Source of the DNA: a virus
Taxonomy: Duplodnaviria; Caudoviricetes
DNA length: 64,000 bases
Reading direction: 5' to 3' (one strand)
IMG/VR virus record: IMGVR_UViG_3300027810_000010
Location: 892-64,891 of that record
The position numbers and the translations under genes were made by a program. Below the pieces are notes generated by a model that saw only the letters and a list, made by a program, of their open reading frames with translations, ran no database searches and was not told the origin of the DNA. Of the stretch, positions 27,674-39,303 are shown piece after piece. Each line of letters starts with the position of its first letter. The first letter of the stretch is position 1.

Positions 27674-30600
27674 TTAAGTTGTAGGAATAAAATGCACTTT
27701 ATAGAGGGGATAAAAATAAGAATTATTACACGCAGTAAAATTACTGACGTCCTGCCATTCTGCATACACATCATACATAAAACCTCCTACGCTGACAGTA
27801 TGTCCCAATTCCCATAATACATTTGATCCTATTGCAGTTATCGTAACATTGTTGTTTGATGAATTAGTGTATGTGACAGAATTAGTATCATCGTTTCCGG
27901 CAGGATTAATATTTATTGTACACCCGCTTCCGAAAGTGAAGGTAGGATTATGTCGTTTAATATCTACATCTGCAATAGTAGACCACGATACGTTTGGTAT
28001 TGCATATATAGTTGTATACCTCCTACCACCAAACCAGCTATGGTTAGCTCCTCTTACGTTATCTCCAATTTCAACATATCCTGAGCCTACTGGTTCACTA
28101 TACATAGTTGAAAACTGGGAAGCTGATTGGGAAAAATAAGGTCCAACTGTAACCGGACATGAATTTAATTGATTTCCTAATATTTTTGAATTTGATGTAA
28201 TTTGATCATATTTTCCAACATCTAATCCTCCTGTTGCTGCTATAATAGGGTTATCATTAAATGTTGATATATCTCTAATCTTTTCAAGAGCATATGCACC
28301 TAAGGCAGTTCCTGTATTATATGAATTTGTAAATGTACCAAAGGTCTTATATGCGTAAATAGTTGCATCCATTTGTTGTGAGTCTAGTCCTTGGAATCTG
28401 GTAGAAATTGTATGATTGACTGCATTTCCCGAAGAACCGTCTGTTATATCTTGACCGTTATTTGAAAAGAAAAGAACACGCTTTGCATTAGTTCCACATG
28501 CATTAGAAATGGCATTAGTTCCTTCCTCAATAGACCATGTAGCATAGTTGACTAATATTTCGTCAGAATATATTGCCGTTCCTTCGAAGGCTGTTCCATT
28601 CCAATATTTACGTGCTGTATTTTCAAAAATACCAGTATTTGTGCCAAGCGGTCTAAGTATTCTGTACCATCCTGCATCAGGCTGAACGATATTACCACTA
28701 CTATCAATTGACCATATAGTTTGAGTTTGCTGTGCATATGAATATTCATGTGCACTTCTAGATGTAATTATCTGTGGAGATGATACATAAAGCTGCTTAT
28801 ATTTTTGAGTGAAGGAATCCATTATATATTGGAAAATTTGACCGGTTCCCACTGTATTTACACCATGTACCTGTGTGTCATAATTAAACCACGCTTGTTC
28901 GGATGGAATACATATATCTGTTCCTCCAACAAACCCAGTTCCTTTTAAATAATATCTAGTAATGTTAGTGCCATCCTCTGAAAAGAAGCCTGTCTCTACT
29001 TCGTCTCCATTTTGATATACCCTAACACCAGTCCCTGAGAAGTTAAGATCGTCATACCAGAATACTCCAAAGGCATTTGTTGTTGCAAAGGAAGGGCCTG
29101 TCCAAGAATATGTTTCAGTATCATTTGAACATATGTACGATGCGGCTGGATCTGTAAAGTCAGGTAGTGCGTTGACGCCTGTTGTCTGTTGCTCGTATCT
29201 TAAAGAAATAGAATTTAGTATTCCATTGCTATTTATATTAGACCATGTTAAATCAAAATCACCCAAATACACAATATATACCTGCTCTCCGAATACTTCA
29301 TTCTCAACAGCAGCATAACTACTATTATACGTTCCAATAAAAACCGGTTTTTCTTGTGCATCCATAGTGGATGTCATACTACCTGAATTTAATTCAATTG
29401 CATTAACAGTCCCTGCATGTAATATTTTTGTAGTGTTACCTGACGCGATATTAAGAACGGATGGGTAGTTGCTAAATAAAGGAATTCCTGTAGTTGATAC
29501 GTTGAATGACCATTCAAATGAGTTTAAATCAGGTGTATTATATATTTTAGCTCCCTGATCTGACCACTGTCTACTATTACATAAATACCATCCAGGATAA
29601 TTTCCTGATATTTTACCCGCTCCGAAATTACTATGGAATTTAGTGGCAGTAATTCCATCTATCGAAGTAACGGAAGAAGTTATATTAAAATTGTCTTCTG
29701 TGAAGAAAGTAGAAGGTATTCTAATAATAGAACCCAGGGGATATGTCGAAACTAAACTATTGATATGTGCCCATTCCACTTTACCCGATCCATCTGATTG
29801 TTTTAATACATTTCTAAATAGAGTGCCCGGTACGCTGTACTTGATTTTACCTACATAGAATTGTGAGACTCCTCCTGTTGAATCTACTGTAATAGGGTTG
29901 TTAAATTCGCTGTCAGATCCTAGATAATCCATTGCACCTGGGTTACCTCCAGTTGCGTCGAATTCTATACTGTCTCCTCTGAATATTATCTTTTCATCTT
30001 CGGTCGTAGAAGGTGTTCCGCTTGATATTAATTTACTAGAAAAAATTAAAGAATTAAGGGGCGTACTTCCTGATCCATCGTGGTTTAACCTTATATTAAA
30101 AGATCTTGTATGTTGACCGTCTTCTATGAATTCAATAGCTCCTAGCGGAGAATAAATCGGTGCATTCATGTTATTGGCCGGATCTACACGTCTAGTATGT
30201 GCCTCGGTAATTAAATTCAATACTCCCGATTTCCTATAAGTTCCAATTACTCCTGAATCCCAATTAGGTATTAAAGAACCTGTAATAATGTCAAACTTAA
30301 ATTCTTCTTCATCATAAAAATTACTTAAATAATAAGAAGAAGGGATATCCCTATGGGCAGAATTACCAATAATTGGAGCTACTATTCCGTTAAACTCGGT
30401 AGTAGGCCAAAGGTATGAATAACCTTCATTTTCTGCATAGTTCCATTGTGTTCCCTCTAGAGGACCTGCAATTCCCTGAAATCCTTGAGCTCCGATTGCT
30501 CCTTCTGGTCCTTGATTTCCTTTAATTCCATCCTGTCCATCCTGTCCATGTAAACCATCCGGACCTGACGGTCCGCCATTAGCGAATTGGCTAAAATTAT

Positions 30601-30691
30601 AATTAATCTTGTCTATTTTATCAGTAGACCACCAAGATACGCTGTTAGGATCTAGATCACTTTTAAAAAGTTCTTTAATGTTTATTTTCAT
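27674..30691 (-). CDS. Second, paralogous tail fibre protein
   Basis: DKINYNF.QF.NGG, G-x-y repeats, YPLGSI...GWYLCN...TPDL. Confidence 0.8.
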   Translation of the reverse strand: MKINIKELFKSDLDPNSVSWWSTDKIDKINYNFSQFANGGPSGPDGLHGQDGQDGIKGNQGPEGAIGAQGFQGIAGPLEGTQWNYAENEGYSYLWPTTEFNGIVAPIIGNSAHRDIPSSYYLSNFYDEEEFKFDIITGSLIPNWDSGVIGTYRKSGVLNLITEAHTRRVDPANNMNAPIYSPLGAIEFIEDGQHTRSFNIRLNHDGSGSTPLNSLIFSSKLISSGTPSTTEDEKIIFRGDSIEFDATGGNPGAMDYLGSDSEFNNPITVDSTGGVSQFYVGKIKYSVPGTLFRNVLKQSDGSGKVEWAHINSLVSTYPLGSIIRIPSTFFTEDNFNITSSVTSIDGITATKFHSNFGAGKISGNYPGWYLCNSRQWSDQGAKIYNTPDLNSFEWSFNVSTTGIPLFSNYPSVLNIASGNTTKILHAGTVNAIELNSGSMTSTMDAQEKPVFIGTYNSSYAAVENEVFGEQVYIVYLGDFDLTWSNINSNGILNSISLRYEQQTTGVNALPDFTDPAASYICSNDTETYSWTGPSFATTNAFGVFWYDDLNFSGTGVRVYQNGDEVETGFFSEDGTNITRYYLKGTGFVGGTDICIPSEQAWFNYDTQVHGVNTVGTGQIFQYIMDSFTQKYKQLYVSSPQIITSRSAHEYSYAQQTQTIWSIDSSGNIVQPDAGWYRILRPLGTNTGIFENTARKYWNGTAFEGTAIYSDEILVNYATWSIEEGTNAISNACGTNAKRVLFFSNNGQDITDGSSGNAVNHTISTRFQGLDSQQMDATIYAYKTFGTFTNSYNTGTALGAYALEKIRDISTFNDNPIIAATGGLDVGKYDQITSNSKILGNQLNSCPVTVGPYFSQSASQFSTMYSEPVGSGYVEIGDNVRGANHSWFGGRRYTTIYAIPNVSWSTIADVDIKRHNPTFTFGSGCTININPAGNDDTNSVTYTNSSNNNVTITAIGSNVLWELGHTVSVGGFMYDVYAEWQDVSNFTACNNSYFYPLYKVHFIPTT

Positions 30692-30693
30692 TT

Positions 30694-33600
30694 CTAGGCT
30701 TGTATTTTAGTATGAACCCTTAATTTATAATTATATCCAGGTTTTTTATTATATATTAACCTGAAATTTAAAGGCTTTTCGGCAAACCTTCTAATTTCAA
30801 AATTAGTAAGAGGTAAATATCCACCTTCCATTATGTTAACTGGATCTACTACACTATTTAACTCTGTTTCACTTTCATTTGTTGGTAATCCATATACTAA
30901 GATGTCATCGATTATAAATCTCGGAATTATATTTTCTTTAATGTATTCGTTAACATCATCTTCAATTGTTGTTTTATCTCCATATGAATTAGCAGCATTC
31001 ACATAATTAGAGTAATGTGCAGAAATATTATCTTCCTTTAGTTCATTTATAAAAGAATCTATTATATAAAAATCTATGTATATCTTTTGAGAATCTTCAT
31101 AAAGATATGCACTTTGTTTTGCTTTTTCAGAATATCGTATAGAATCTAAATCTCTTAGGCTATTCATACTTGTATTTGAGTAAGATGTAATGTTGTATAC
31201 GTCTTTTACTTTCATTATAGTAGATGCAAAGAATGACCTTTCCTCAATAGGACTAAGTGTACCATGGACATTCTCAGATACACCTCCTTCGAGAGATCTT
31301 ATATAATAATCCTTTGCATATTTACTTTTAAATAAATTCAAGTCTCTTTTTTCTATTGCTATTTCACCAATCAAAGGATATAGGGGTAATTTATCCGTTT
31401 CTTTACTTAACTTAAGAACGGAATTACCCTTTTCATTAATTTTATGATAAAAGAAGTTTTTTAATATGCCGTAATCACTCCCAGTTTTTAGGTAAGATGA
31501 AAAGACAGTGTTATATTCCGTAGTTCTTTTGTATTTTGCTTCTTCGATAATTTGTATACTATCTATATCTAACGCTGGATCCAACTGTCTAGTAGGATCT
31601 ATCATTTTATTATTTCTAAATAAATTAGTAAATGTAACTATTTCATTAAACATCGGATTGTATTTTCCGTTCATCCTTCTAAGGGTAGTAAAATATCCAC
31701 CGTCTTCCCTCGCTACAAGTTCTTTACCTATTTTATTATTGTTCAACTTAAATGCCTTTGGCCTAATTTCGTCTAATTCAACATCCAATATTGATGTTTT
31801 AATAAATTCCGTCCCATCCTCTATTTCAATTGTAAATTTATTATTATCTACATTTCCATCCTCTAGAATTGTAACGTATGAAACGTTTTCATTAGCATTA
31901 ATATCGTTAGCAAAACCAAAAGATGCAATACTCTCTAGTACATTTGACCATGAATTTTTACCACCTTGATAATATACAAGAGGTATATCATTAGGTATAG
32001 CCGATGCCGATGCTGATGTAATTGGGGTTTGCCCGGGAATTACCTTTCCGGTTGAGGTTTCCCACAATTGAGGAACACCCTTTACTATAATATTTTTTTC
32101 ATCAACGGCTGAAATAATTTCAAGAGCATATGTATTACCGGTGTGTTCGAATAATATATATGAATATTCTTCCTCTATTTTAAACATGTCTGTAAAGAAT
32201 CTAGGGGAATTATCTCCAACTGATTGTATTGAACTAGATAATAATATTCCAGAAGTACCTCCCCAGGCTGATCCTATTCCGAAATCTAAAAATCCTCTAA
32301 TTTTAGAGTTTTTAATTTCATTTTCTACAGTTACATCTTCTAGTGAATATACGTTATACCTATCTAAGAAATCTATATCATTAGCTACGATCTGTATGTG
32401 TATAAATATTGTTATTGTTTTAAATTTGTCGTTTTTTATTACTTCAATATTAGCTTTATTGTTAGGCATATTGTTTGAATAAAATAACACTGTTGCGAAT
32501 TTATAACCTTCAACAGACGAAGAAGATTTAAATGAAACAGGATTATCTAAATCAAATTCCTTTCTTTCTTTATAAACGTATCTTAAACCTCTAAATACTG
32601 TTGAAGTGAAATTAAATTCATTTCCACCTTCAAATGTAGTATACATTTTTCTAGTTTGGGCATTAACCCATTCTATATCTCCGTTTGTATTTTCTAGTTC
32701 TGCACCAGTATAATTCAAATAACTGCTAAAATAATCAAAGGAAGTATCTTTAAATAAACTTGAAACAGTATCATATGTTTGTTGCGTACCTATGCTAGGG
32801 TTTACATAATCTTTAATTTTTATGATGTTTTCTTTTTCCCTTAAATATGTAGGAATATTCCATATATGAAAATGTTCCATGTTTAATTTACTCGGATCTC
32901 TTTCAGAAAATATAGATATGTCTGGAGATAAGTTATTAGTTCCAAATGCTTCGTTTACATTTAAAATATATGGCAAATTTCTAGCGTTAGTTCCATTTTT
33001 CAATGCAAATTTACAAATAGTAGGTAATACTCTAGAATTTATAGATGTTTCTTTTAATTCATTCTCACTAAGCCTATCGTATTCTGAATATATTGAAGAG
33101 TCTGTAAGATCTTTATCTGAATCATCTTCCGATATGATAGGATATAATGTTGTAAAGAACTCCTCTTTTACATTTGATTTATATGAAAAGAAATCTTCCA
33201 GACCAGGCACTATTGTATTACCTACTCCAACGATAGGCTCATCGTTAGAATAAACAGAGGTGGTATTATAGGTTTCATTATATATTATTTTAGTAATTTT
33301 AATCCAATTATCAATACCGATACTATCCTCTCCTAATATATAATCTCCAACCTCTAGAAAATCTCTAACATCTAATCCATTAAACTCTGTTATATATGAT
33401 GTCGAGTTATCAATTGTTTTTATACTAGAAGCAGAAGATACTATGAAAGATTTCTTGTCATCTGCATGATTTTGAATTTCTCCATTTAAATGAGAAATAT
33501 CTGAATTCTTTGTGTCGTAAAAGTCAAAGTCAAAATCCTTGAAATCATATGCTGAAAATCTACCTAATCTAGTTCTATAAACATTATATGTAGGTAGTGT

Positions 33601-35481
33601 ATTATCTCCTGAGAAATTAATTGGTTTATCGAAAATAACTCTATAGTTTTCAGAATATGGATCTTTAACTATTTCTACTACTCTACAATATACGTCTTTG
33701 TTTTTAGATTTGATGTGGTCTCCGATTGAAATAAAACCCATAGAACCTGATGGAACTATTACGCTTTGTCCTATACTAGAACCACCTTTCATCGTGTATG
33801 TTTTATAATCTCCAATTGATAGATTACCTGTAATACCAGATCCATGTGGAAACTGAACATTTGTTAAAGAAGTATCTGCCACTAGGTTATATGCTTTTTC
33901 GAATGCATCATTAGCGGGCTTCGAATTAGAAACGTCTAAGAATACACGTGGATTACCAGTATGTATTCCGAAAATTGTCTTGTTTCTATTTCTTCCCTGT
34001 GCATAGTCATCAATAATAACAGATGTTTTAATAGATTTTGCACCGTATTGTATGATTTCTCCATTTCGTATAGCTGCTGCCAGTGCCGAGGCGATTTGTG
34101 ATAGATTACCTTTACATGAATATCTGTTTCCTGAAATAGTTCCTATTGGAAGAGTGTCGTCGGCTATTAATAGGAAATCTCCTAGGTTAAATCTCTCTAT
34201 TGATATTTCAGAAAGATTTCCAATAAATAACTTATCATTGTGTGTAGGTTTTTTAATGAATTCAAGAGATATGAATCCTACTAAAGGAACATCCTTTGAA
34301 ATTACATCAATGTTATATGGTGTTTTAACAAATTCTTTAAAAACCGAAGTATCTCCTGAGAAAGATGTTTTAATTTCATTCTCACTATAATTTATAGAAT
34401 TTTTAATGTGGTGAAAATCATCATTTCTATCTTTCACCCAAGATAACGAGGGTACAGAAAGATCACTCTTGCTAGGGATGTAATTATATATATTAGCAGA
34501 ATCTACGGATACACCGTATTCATCCTCTACACTTACAGGATCAATCGTTATAGTTCCCTTTGGATTTATTTCGTTTGCAATAAATGAACATTCTAAATGA
34601 GAATCAGCATATACTCCAAAGTATCGGTATATGTTATAATCGTCAGCTTCTTTATCATCAAATAAAAACTCTAGGTTTATTATGTTAGCTGAAATTATAC
34701 CGTTTCTTTCAAAACTAGTAGTTAGTGTATTATTAGCTAATATTTCCGGAAGATCTTCTTTAATGTAATCGTCATCTATATAATCTGATTTATTTACAAA
34801 GCCACCTGTCATGACGTCTATTCCATTAAAGTAAGTAGGTTCTTCTATTTCAAAATTAAAAGATAGATGGGAATCAGGCATTAGCGCATCATTAATATGG
34901 CTATTTAAATATGTGCCTATTCTAGAGTCTATAGACATGTCGAATGTTTTGACAATGGTAGCCTTTGAAAGCATTTCCATTATTCTATAATTCTGACCTT
35001 CGGCATTATCATCATAGATCTTTTCATAATCTACATCTTTAATTCTATAGATTACAAAGTTTTCAGGAATCTTCTTTTCTAACCATATTGGTGCAAATAT
35101 TCTATATTGTTCATCATATACTTTAGTAAAGTTAAATGACGCACCGTAATTGTACATGTTTTCGAACTGGTTTGCATAGTTGTCAGATACTATTAAATCT
35201 GAAACTTCTCTACCTACTCTATATCTCTCGTCTTTTGGTAATTTACCGTAAAATGAAGCAACATCCCTAGAGAATTCTCCGGAATCTGATATTGGATATT
35301 TTTGAAATTCAGCTTGCGTTAATGTTCTGCTAGCTTTAATAGAACTTAAATAAATATCTCCCTCAGATTCAACTACTAATTTTACATTAGAAGTTAATTT
35401 AGGGTTTGTTCTTAAAAGTGAAAATGATTTGGTTTCTTCAACTAAATCGTACTTCGCTTCAGTGTTTATTTGTTTCGCCAT
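30694..35481 (-). CDS. Very large putative baseplate/virion protein (1595 aa)
   Basis: Size and position among baseplate genes; GATATATA at 35509-35516. No specific family recognised. Confidence 0.6.
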   Translation of the reverse strand: MAKQINTEAKYDLVEETKSFSLLRTNPKLTSNVKLVVESEGDIYLSSIKASRTLTQAEFQKYPISDSGEFSRDVASFYGKLPKDERYRVGREVSDLIVSDNYANQFENMYNYGASFNFTKVYDEQYRIFAPIWLEKKIPENFVIYRIKDVDYEKIYDDNAEGQNYRIMEMLSKATIVKTFDMSIDSRIGTYLNSHINDALMPDSHLSFNFEIEEPTYFNGIDVMTGGFVNKSDYIDDDYIKEDLPEILANNTLTTSFERNGIISANIINLEFLFDDKEADDYNIYRYFGVYADSHLECSFIANEINPKGTITIDPVSVEDEYGVSVDSANIYNYIPSKSDLSVPSLSWVKDRNDDFHHIKNSINYSENEIKTSFSGDTSVFKEFVKTPYNIDVISKDVPLVGFISLEFIKKPTHNDKLFIGNLSEISIERFNLGDFLLIADDTLPIGTISGNRYSCKGNLSQIASALAAAIRNGEIIQYGAKSIKTSVIIDDYAQGRNRNKTIFGIHTGNPRVFLDVSNSKPANDAFEKAYNLVADTSLTNVQFPHGSGITGNLSIGDYKTYTMKGGSSIGQSVIVPSGSMGFISIGDHIKSKNKDVYCRVVEIVKDPYSENYRVIFDKPINFSGDNTLPTYNVYRTRLGRFSAYDFKDFDFDFYDTKNSDISHLNGEIQNHADDKKSFIVSSASSIKTIDNSTSYITEFNGLDVRDFLEVGDYILGEDSIGIDNWIKITKIIYNETYNTTSVYSNDEPIVGVGNTIVPGLEDFFSYKSNVKEEFFTTLYPIISEDDSDKDLTDSSIYSEYDRLSENELKETSINSRVLPTICKFALKNGTNARNLPYILNVNEAFGTNNLSPDISIFSERDPSKLNMEHFHIWNIPTYLREKENIIKIKDYVNPSIGTQQTYDTVSSLFKDTSFDYFSSYLNYTGAELENTNGDIEWVNAQTRKMYTTFEGGNEFNFTSTVFRGLRYVYKERKEFDLDNPVSFKSSSSVEGYKFATVLFYSNNMPNNKANIEVIKNDKFKTITIFIHIQIVANDIDFLDRYNVYSLEDVTVENEIKNSKIRGFLDFGIGSAWGGTSGILLSSSIQSVGDNSPRFFTDMFKIEEEYSYILFEHTGNTYALEIISAVDEKNIIVKGVPQLWETSTGKVIPGQTPITSASASAIPNDIPLVYYQGGKNSWSNVLESIASFGFANDINANENVSYVTILEDGNVDNNKFTIEIEDGTEFIKTSILDVELDEIRPKAFKLNNNKIGKELVAREDGGYFTTLRRMNGKYNPMFNEIVTFTNLFRNNKMIDPTRQLDPALDIDSIQIIEEAKYKRTTEYNTVFSSYLKTGSDYGILKNFFYHKINEKGNSVLKLSKETDKLPLYPLIGEIAIEKRDLNLFKSKYAKDYYIRSLEGGVSENVHGTLSPIEERSFFASTIMKVKDVYNITSYSNTSMNSLRDLDSIRYSEKAKQSAYLYEDSQKIYIDFYIIDSFINELKEDNISAHYSNYVNAANSYGDKTTIEDDVNEYIKENIIPRFIIDDILVYGLPTNESETELNSVVDPVNIMEGGYLPLTNFEIRRFAEKPLNFRLIYNKKPGYNYKLRVHTKIQA

Positions 35482-35537
35482 TATGAGTCGACTCTATTTT
35501 TGTTAGAGTATATATCTCACTCTGTCGAGGCAAGATA

Positions 35538-38500
35538 TTATCTGTAAGGACGTGCGTCGAAATCGTATAATCTAGAAGAATTGAAATCATTATAGTTTGT
35601 AAAGAACCTTCTTCTATTATTCCACCAAGATGACCCGGATCCAGAGTTATATTTGCTTAGCATTATCTTATTAATACTATTCTTATTAGTTCCAACAGCT
35701 CTATATTTAGCGTAAATTTCTATATCAAATTTAAATTCATTTCTATAAGAATCTATGATATCTAAACCTATCTTCTTAGAATATATTAAGTTAGAGAATT
35801 TGTTACCATAAATACCACCTATTCTACCTCTACCTGAATCTCCTTTTCCATAATAATCTGTCATTCTATATTGAAATACCATATCAACTGATACTGCATT
35901 CTGACTTCCACCTTCTATTAATTTCTTACCGAATTTACTAGGTGCATCGACTGAAAGTGTATTTTGATTAGTTGGAGATAAATATAAGAAAGATCCACAT
36001 GATTTACCACCTAATAAGTATTGATCATCTTCTGTAAATGAATTCTTAATAGCTTTTCTAGAGATCTGAACATTTTGGTTATTTTGAGGTCCTTCTGAAG
36101 TTCCATCAATATACTCAATAGTTAAAGGCTGATATGGCGTCTGTTTTTGTCCATCTTTATCTAAAGATCTTTTCACGGCATACTTAGGCATCGAAACTAT
36201 TCCATTAGAAATGATTTCATCAATACTTAAACTATTAGCTTCGTTTTGTATTAGAGGATGATTAATATGCATAAATAAACCTCTATCATATATGGCAGGT
36301 GTAATACTTCCAGTTCCAAAGTCTGCACGTAGAGGTGCATTTGATGTAGAATCATAGTTTCCATTCCACACGAAATTGATTTCGTTTTCAGCAATTGATC
36401 CAGTTCCATCTAACGTATCAAACTCTGCATTAGAAAAATTTCTTAAATGAGTTCTATTTCCGGAAATACTGCTAATTGTTTTACCACTCTTTAAAGAATA
36501 ACTTAAACCATATTCCATAGTAGTGACTCCAGTTGCATTAGATTCAATAGTTGAAAGTGTGTCAGGATTAATTATAGAATATAAATCACCGTTATCTGAT
36601 ATGTTTCTAAATCTTGAATATATGTATTGACCCTTTAATTGTGAAGATTGATCAGGCGCTTCATCGAAATGATTATACGAAGAAGCTCCTCCTGTTAAAT
36701 TTTGATAAATAACGGGAACTAAATCATATTTACCTTCTTTTGTATAATATGTATCAGATGATATATCTGTATGTGGTCCATAAGGGCCGGTATTCTTTTC
36801 ACCGGTTTCCGGGTCTATAATACCGAGTCCAAATGCATATGAATCAGTAGAAGTAAATACTGGTTGTTTTAAATCTCCAACTATTTTAGAAGTTAATTCT
36901 AAATCGGATGCCTTTGTGTTATGTAATTCTATTTTAAAATTCTTAGTAACAATATATCCTTTAGTTACTCCAGTTGGAACATCATCAACATAATATCCTG
37001 CAAATATTTTGGCAGACGTATTGTTTTTAACAAGTGTGACGTTACCGTCTTCGTCGATGATCTTAACTTGAAGTTCACCAACTGCACCATCTACCTTTGC
37101 TTGTAATCTTTCTAATTGATTTTGTAATTCTAGCAATTTACCATATATACTAATAGGTGATTGCTCCGTAGTTAAAAACCCGGACGCTAAATCATCTGCA
37201 CCGTGTGCAAAATATTGATCTCCTGAAGTAAATCCTGAATCTAAGTGCTGAAATAAACCTTGTGATTCTAGATCATCGTTTATTTCCACTTTAATATTAT
37301 CTAAATCATTCTGGTTAATTAAATCGTTTGCAGAATCTCCACCTATTTCTCCGTCAGGAAATTGAATGTTTATTATCTCAGACCATTCTGATTCGACAGG
37401 TGTTGATGGAAAACCAGCTTCAGATACTGACTTAATCATCATTTCAATAATCTCTCCTTTTTGTATAGAAAGATCGATTGAATTAAAGTTAACAGCATTT
37501 GCATCTTCTTCAGATTCTATAATCCATTTATATCCTCCGTTTTCTTGTTTCTGTCTTCTTCTTATAGGTCCTTTAACTTCTACCCAATTTGAAAAAGCGG
37601 CTGTTTTTTCAGAATTTTTATCTGTAAATTTAATTTGTTCAATTGTTGACGTTTTACCATTAGCAGAAACGTATCTATATCTAATAACAAATTGTACTAC
37701 TTCTTGTGAAACTTCTTCACCGATTTTCTTCGCGTCTGGAATTGACCAAAAACCTCTTACTCTGTATTTAGGAGCAACCTTAGGTAATTCGTTTGATTCA
37801 GCGATAGATTTAATTTCACTAACACTTGTAGAGAATACTTTAACTTCTGATTCCTTAGATCTAATTAAAGAAACTAATTCATTCTTTTCTCTGTTTCTCT
37901 CAATTTTAGACGAGAATTTTCTAGTAGCAATTAATTGCCTTTTCTTCTTAATAGTACCATCAATTTTCTTGATGTTTTCTTTAGCTGCAATCTTATCAGT
38001 CTTGATCTTCTTAACCTTTTCTACACTTGCGTTATCAGTTAAATGCTTATTCACCTGTATAACTTTAAAGTTATTAGATGAAATAATAGGAGAATCAGGT
38101 ATAATACCCTCAGATGCAGGTGGAATATAATCTACCTTTAATCCTTTGATAAACTGACCAAAATCAGAAACCTCTTCATTATAATATTTCGCTAAAGTAG
38201 TTACAACTCCATCTTCCTTTTCAATAGTCAACTCATTTGAGAAAAACGCAATTCCAGGAGAATATTCCGTAGAAGGAATTTTAGAGATAGGATCGATAGG
38301 TTTCATAAAGACAACCTGTCTTTCATTGAATCCTACTTTAATTTCAACCGATACAGCTGCATCGATATCTTTATAAATAGAGAGTGCGTTTGCTCCTATC
38401 TTTATAGGTGCATATCCTTCTAATAGTTTTAATTCTACTTGAGAAGTTGATGCATCAATAGATACCACTTCGTATCTTGTGTTATATTCTTTATTATTAA

Positions 38501-39302
38501 CAACTAATGAATCTCCGGTTTTTAAAGATTCGGTGTCATTCATTACTTTATTAGAATCTGAATACGTTAATTTATTTAAAGTAAAAACCTTTGTAGTTTT
38601 AATTTGACTAGCTCCATCGACCATTACGGTTTTTTGAACATTTTCAGATTTTAAAACATCTAGCTCTCCATTGTATTGAATAGATCTAATAGGCATATCA
38701 ACTACCTCTGAATCTATTCTATATTTTAATCCACGTTCTTTGATTGCTGAAACGAAATCAACATGATTTAATTCATTATCTCCCTTAAACACTTCATCAA
38801 ATTCTTCAGTAGAATTAAGATCTTCGTGATCGAAAATAAATCTTTCAGTATAAACTCTTTCAGTGTCTACTGGAATCTGTCCCTTAACATCTAAATTAAT
38901 AGTTAATAGTGGATTCAGAAAATCTTCGAAGAAATCGTTAAGTTTTGTATTAAATTCTCTAGGAGTTGCTAATGACGTAATAGGAGAAGAAGGGCCTTTA
39001 AGTTTAGAAGTATGTATTCTTCTATAAGAACCATCTTTAAGTCTAAGATTAGCGCTTGAAGTATCTAGACCGCTGATAGCAGTTACATTCTTATCAAGTC
39101 TTTCTATTTCTCTTTTCAAAAACCCGAACGCAGGTATTTGAATGGCAGTCATCTCACCAGTCCTGTTATCGAATAAATCGATTGTAACCGTTTCCTTATC
39201 TGTGGAAATGGCCTCATTAATACGCTCAAAAGTTTCAAGTGAATTAGTATTTAATTCAAGAAACTGTTCAAGTAGATGGGATATAGAATTGCTAGCGCTC
39301 AT
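35538..39302 (-). CDS. Large putative baseplate/virion protein (1254 aa)
   Basis: Structural operon context; central coiled coil and FN3-like F.IRYRY...SNW / KSVSEAGFP...SEWS segments. Confidence 0.6.
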   Translation of the reverse strand: MSASNSISHLLEQFLELNTNSLETFERINEAISTDKETVTIDLFDNRTGEMTAIQIPAFGFLKREIERLDKNVTAISGLDTSSANLRLKDGSYRRIHTSKLKGPSSPITSLATPREFNTKLNDFFEDFLNPLLTINLDVKGQIPVDTERVYTERFIFDHEDLNSTEEFDEVFKGDNELNHVDFVSAIKERGLKYRIDSEVVDMPIRSIQYNGELDVLKSENVQKTVMVDGASQIKTTKVFTLNKLTYSDSNKVMNDTESLKTGDSLVVNNKEYNTRYEVVSIDASTSQVELKLLEGYAPIKIGANALSIYKDIDAAVSVEIKVGFNERQVVFMKPIDPISKIPSTEYSPGIAFFSNELTIEKEDGVVTTLAKYYNEEVSDFGQFIKGLKVDYIPPASEGIIPDSPIISSNNFKVIQVNKHLTDNASVEKVKKIKTDKIAAKENIKKIDGTIKKKRQLIATRKFSSKIERNREKNELVSLIRSKESEVKVFSTSVSEIKSIAESNELPKVAPKYRVRGFWSIPDAKKIGEEVSQEVVQFVIRYRYVSANGKTSTIEQIKFTDKNSEKTAAFSNWVEVKGPIRRRQKQENGGYKWIIESEEDANAVNFNSIDLSIQKGEIIEMMIKSVSEAGFPSTPVESEWSEIINIQFPDGEIGGDSANDLINQNDLDNIKVEINDDLESQGLFQHLDSGFTSGDQYFAHGADDLASGFLTTEQSPISIYGKLLELQNQLERLQAKVDGAVGELQVKIIDEDGNVTLVKNNTSAKIFAGYYVDDVPTGVTKGYIVTKNFKIELHNTKASDLELTSKIVGDLKQPVFTSTDSYAFGLGIIDPETGEKNTGPYGPHTDISSDTYYTKEGKYDLVPVIYQNLTGGASSYNHFDEAPDQSSQLKGQYIYSRFRNISDNGDLYSIINPDTLSTIESNATGVTTMEYGLSYSLKSGKTISSISGNRTHLRNFSNAEFDTLDGTGSIAENEINFVWNGNYDSTSNAPLRADFGTGSITPAIYDRGLFMHINHPLIQNEANSLSIDEIISNGIVSMPKYAVKRSLDKDGQKQTPYQPLTIEYIDGTSEGPQNNQNVQISRKAIKNSFTEDDQYLLGGKSCGSFLYLSPTNQNTLSVDAPSKFGKKLIEGGSQNAVSVDMVFQYRMTDYYGKGDSGRGRIGGIYGNKFSNLIYSKKIGLDIIDSYRNEFKFDIEIYAKYRAVGTNKNSINKIMLSKYNSGSGSSWWNNRRRFFTNYNDFNSSRLYDFDARPYR

Positions 39303-39303
39303 A

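Noticed and set aside
25177-30691. Diversity-generating retroelement or invertible tail-fibre system
   Set aside because: No reverse transcriptase or invertase, and no template/variable repeat pair or inverted fibre segment was seen.
35485-35494. GAGTCGACTC palindrome upstream of the 1595-aa gene
   Set aside because: A single 10-bp palindrome with no loop or T-tract and no second copy noticed, so no function can be supported.
36841-36849. GAATCAGTA on the plus strand within a structural gene
   Set aside because: Opposite orientation, lacks the second half of the repeat and does not encode the linker; likely chance.
37366-38130. 254-aa plus-strand ORF and the other plus-strand ORFs in the track (e.g. 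31508, 42886, 54619)
   Set aside because: They lie antisense to convincing minus-strand genes, have S/L/I/F-rich shadow composition and show no recognisable motifs.
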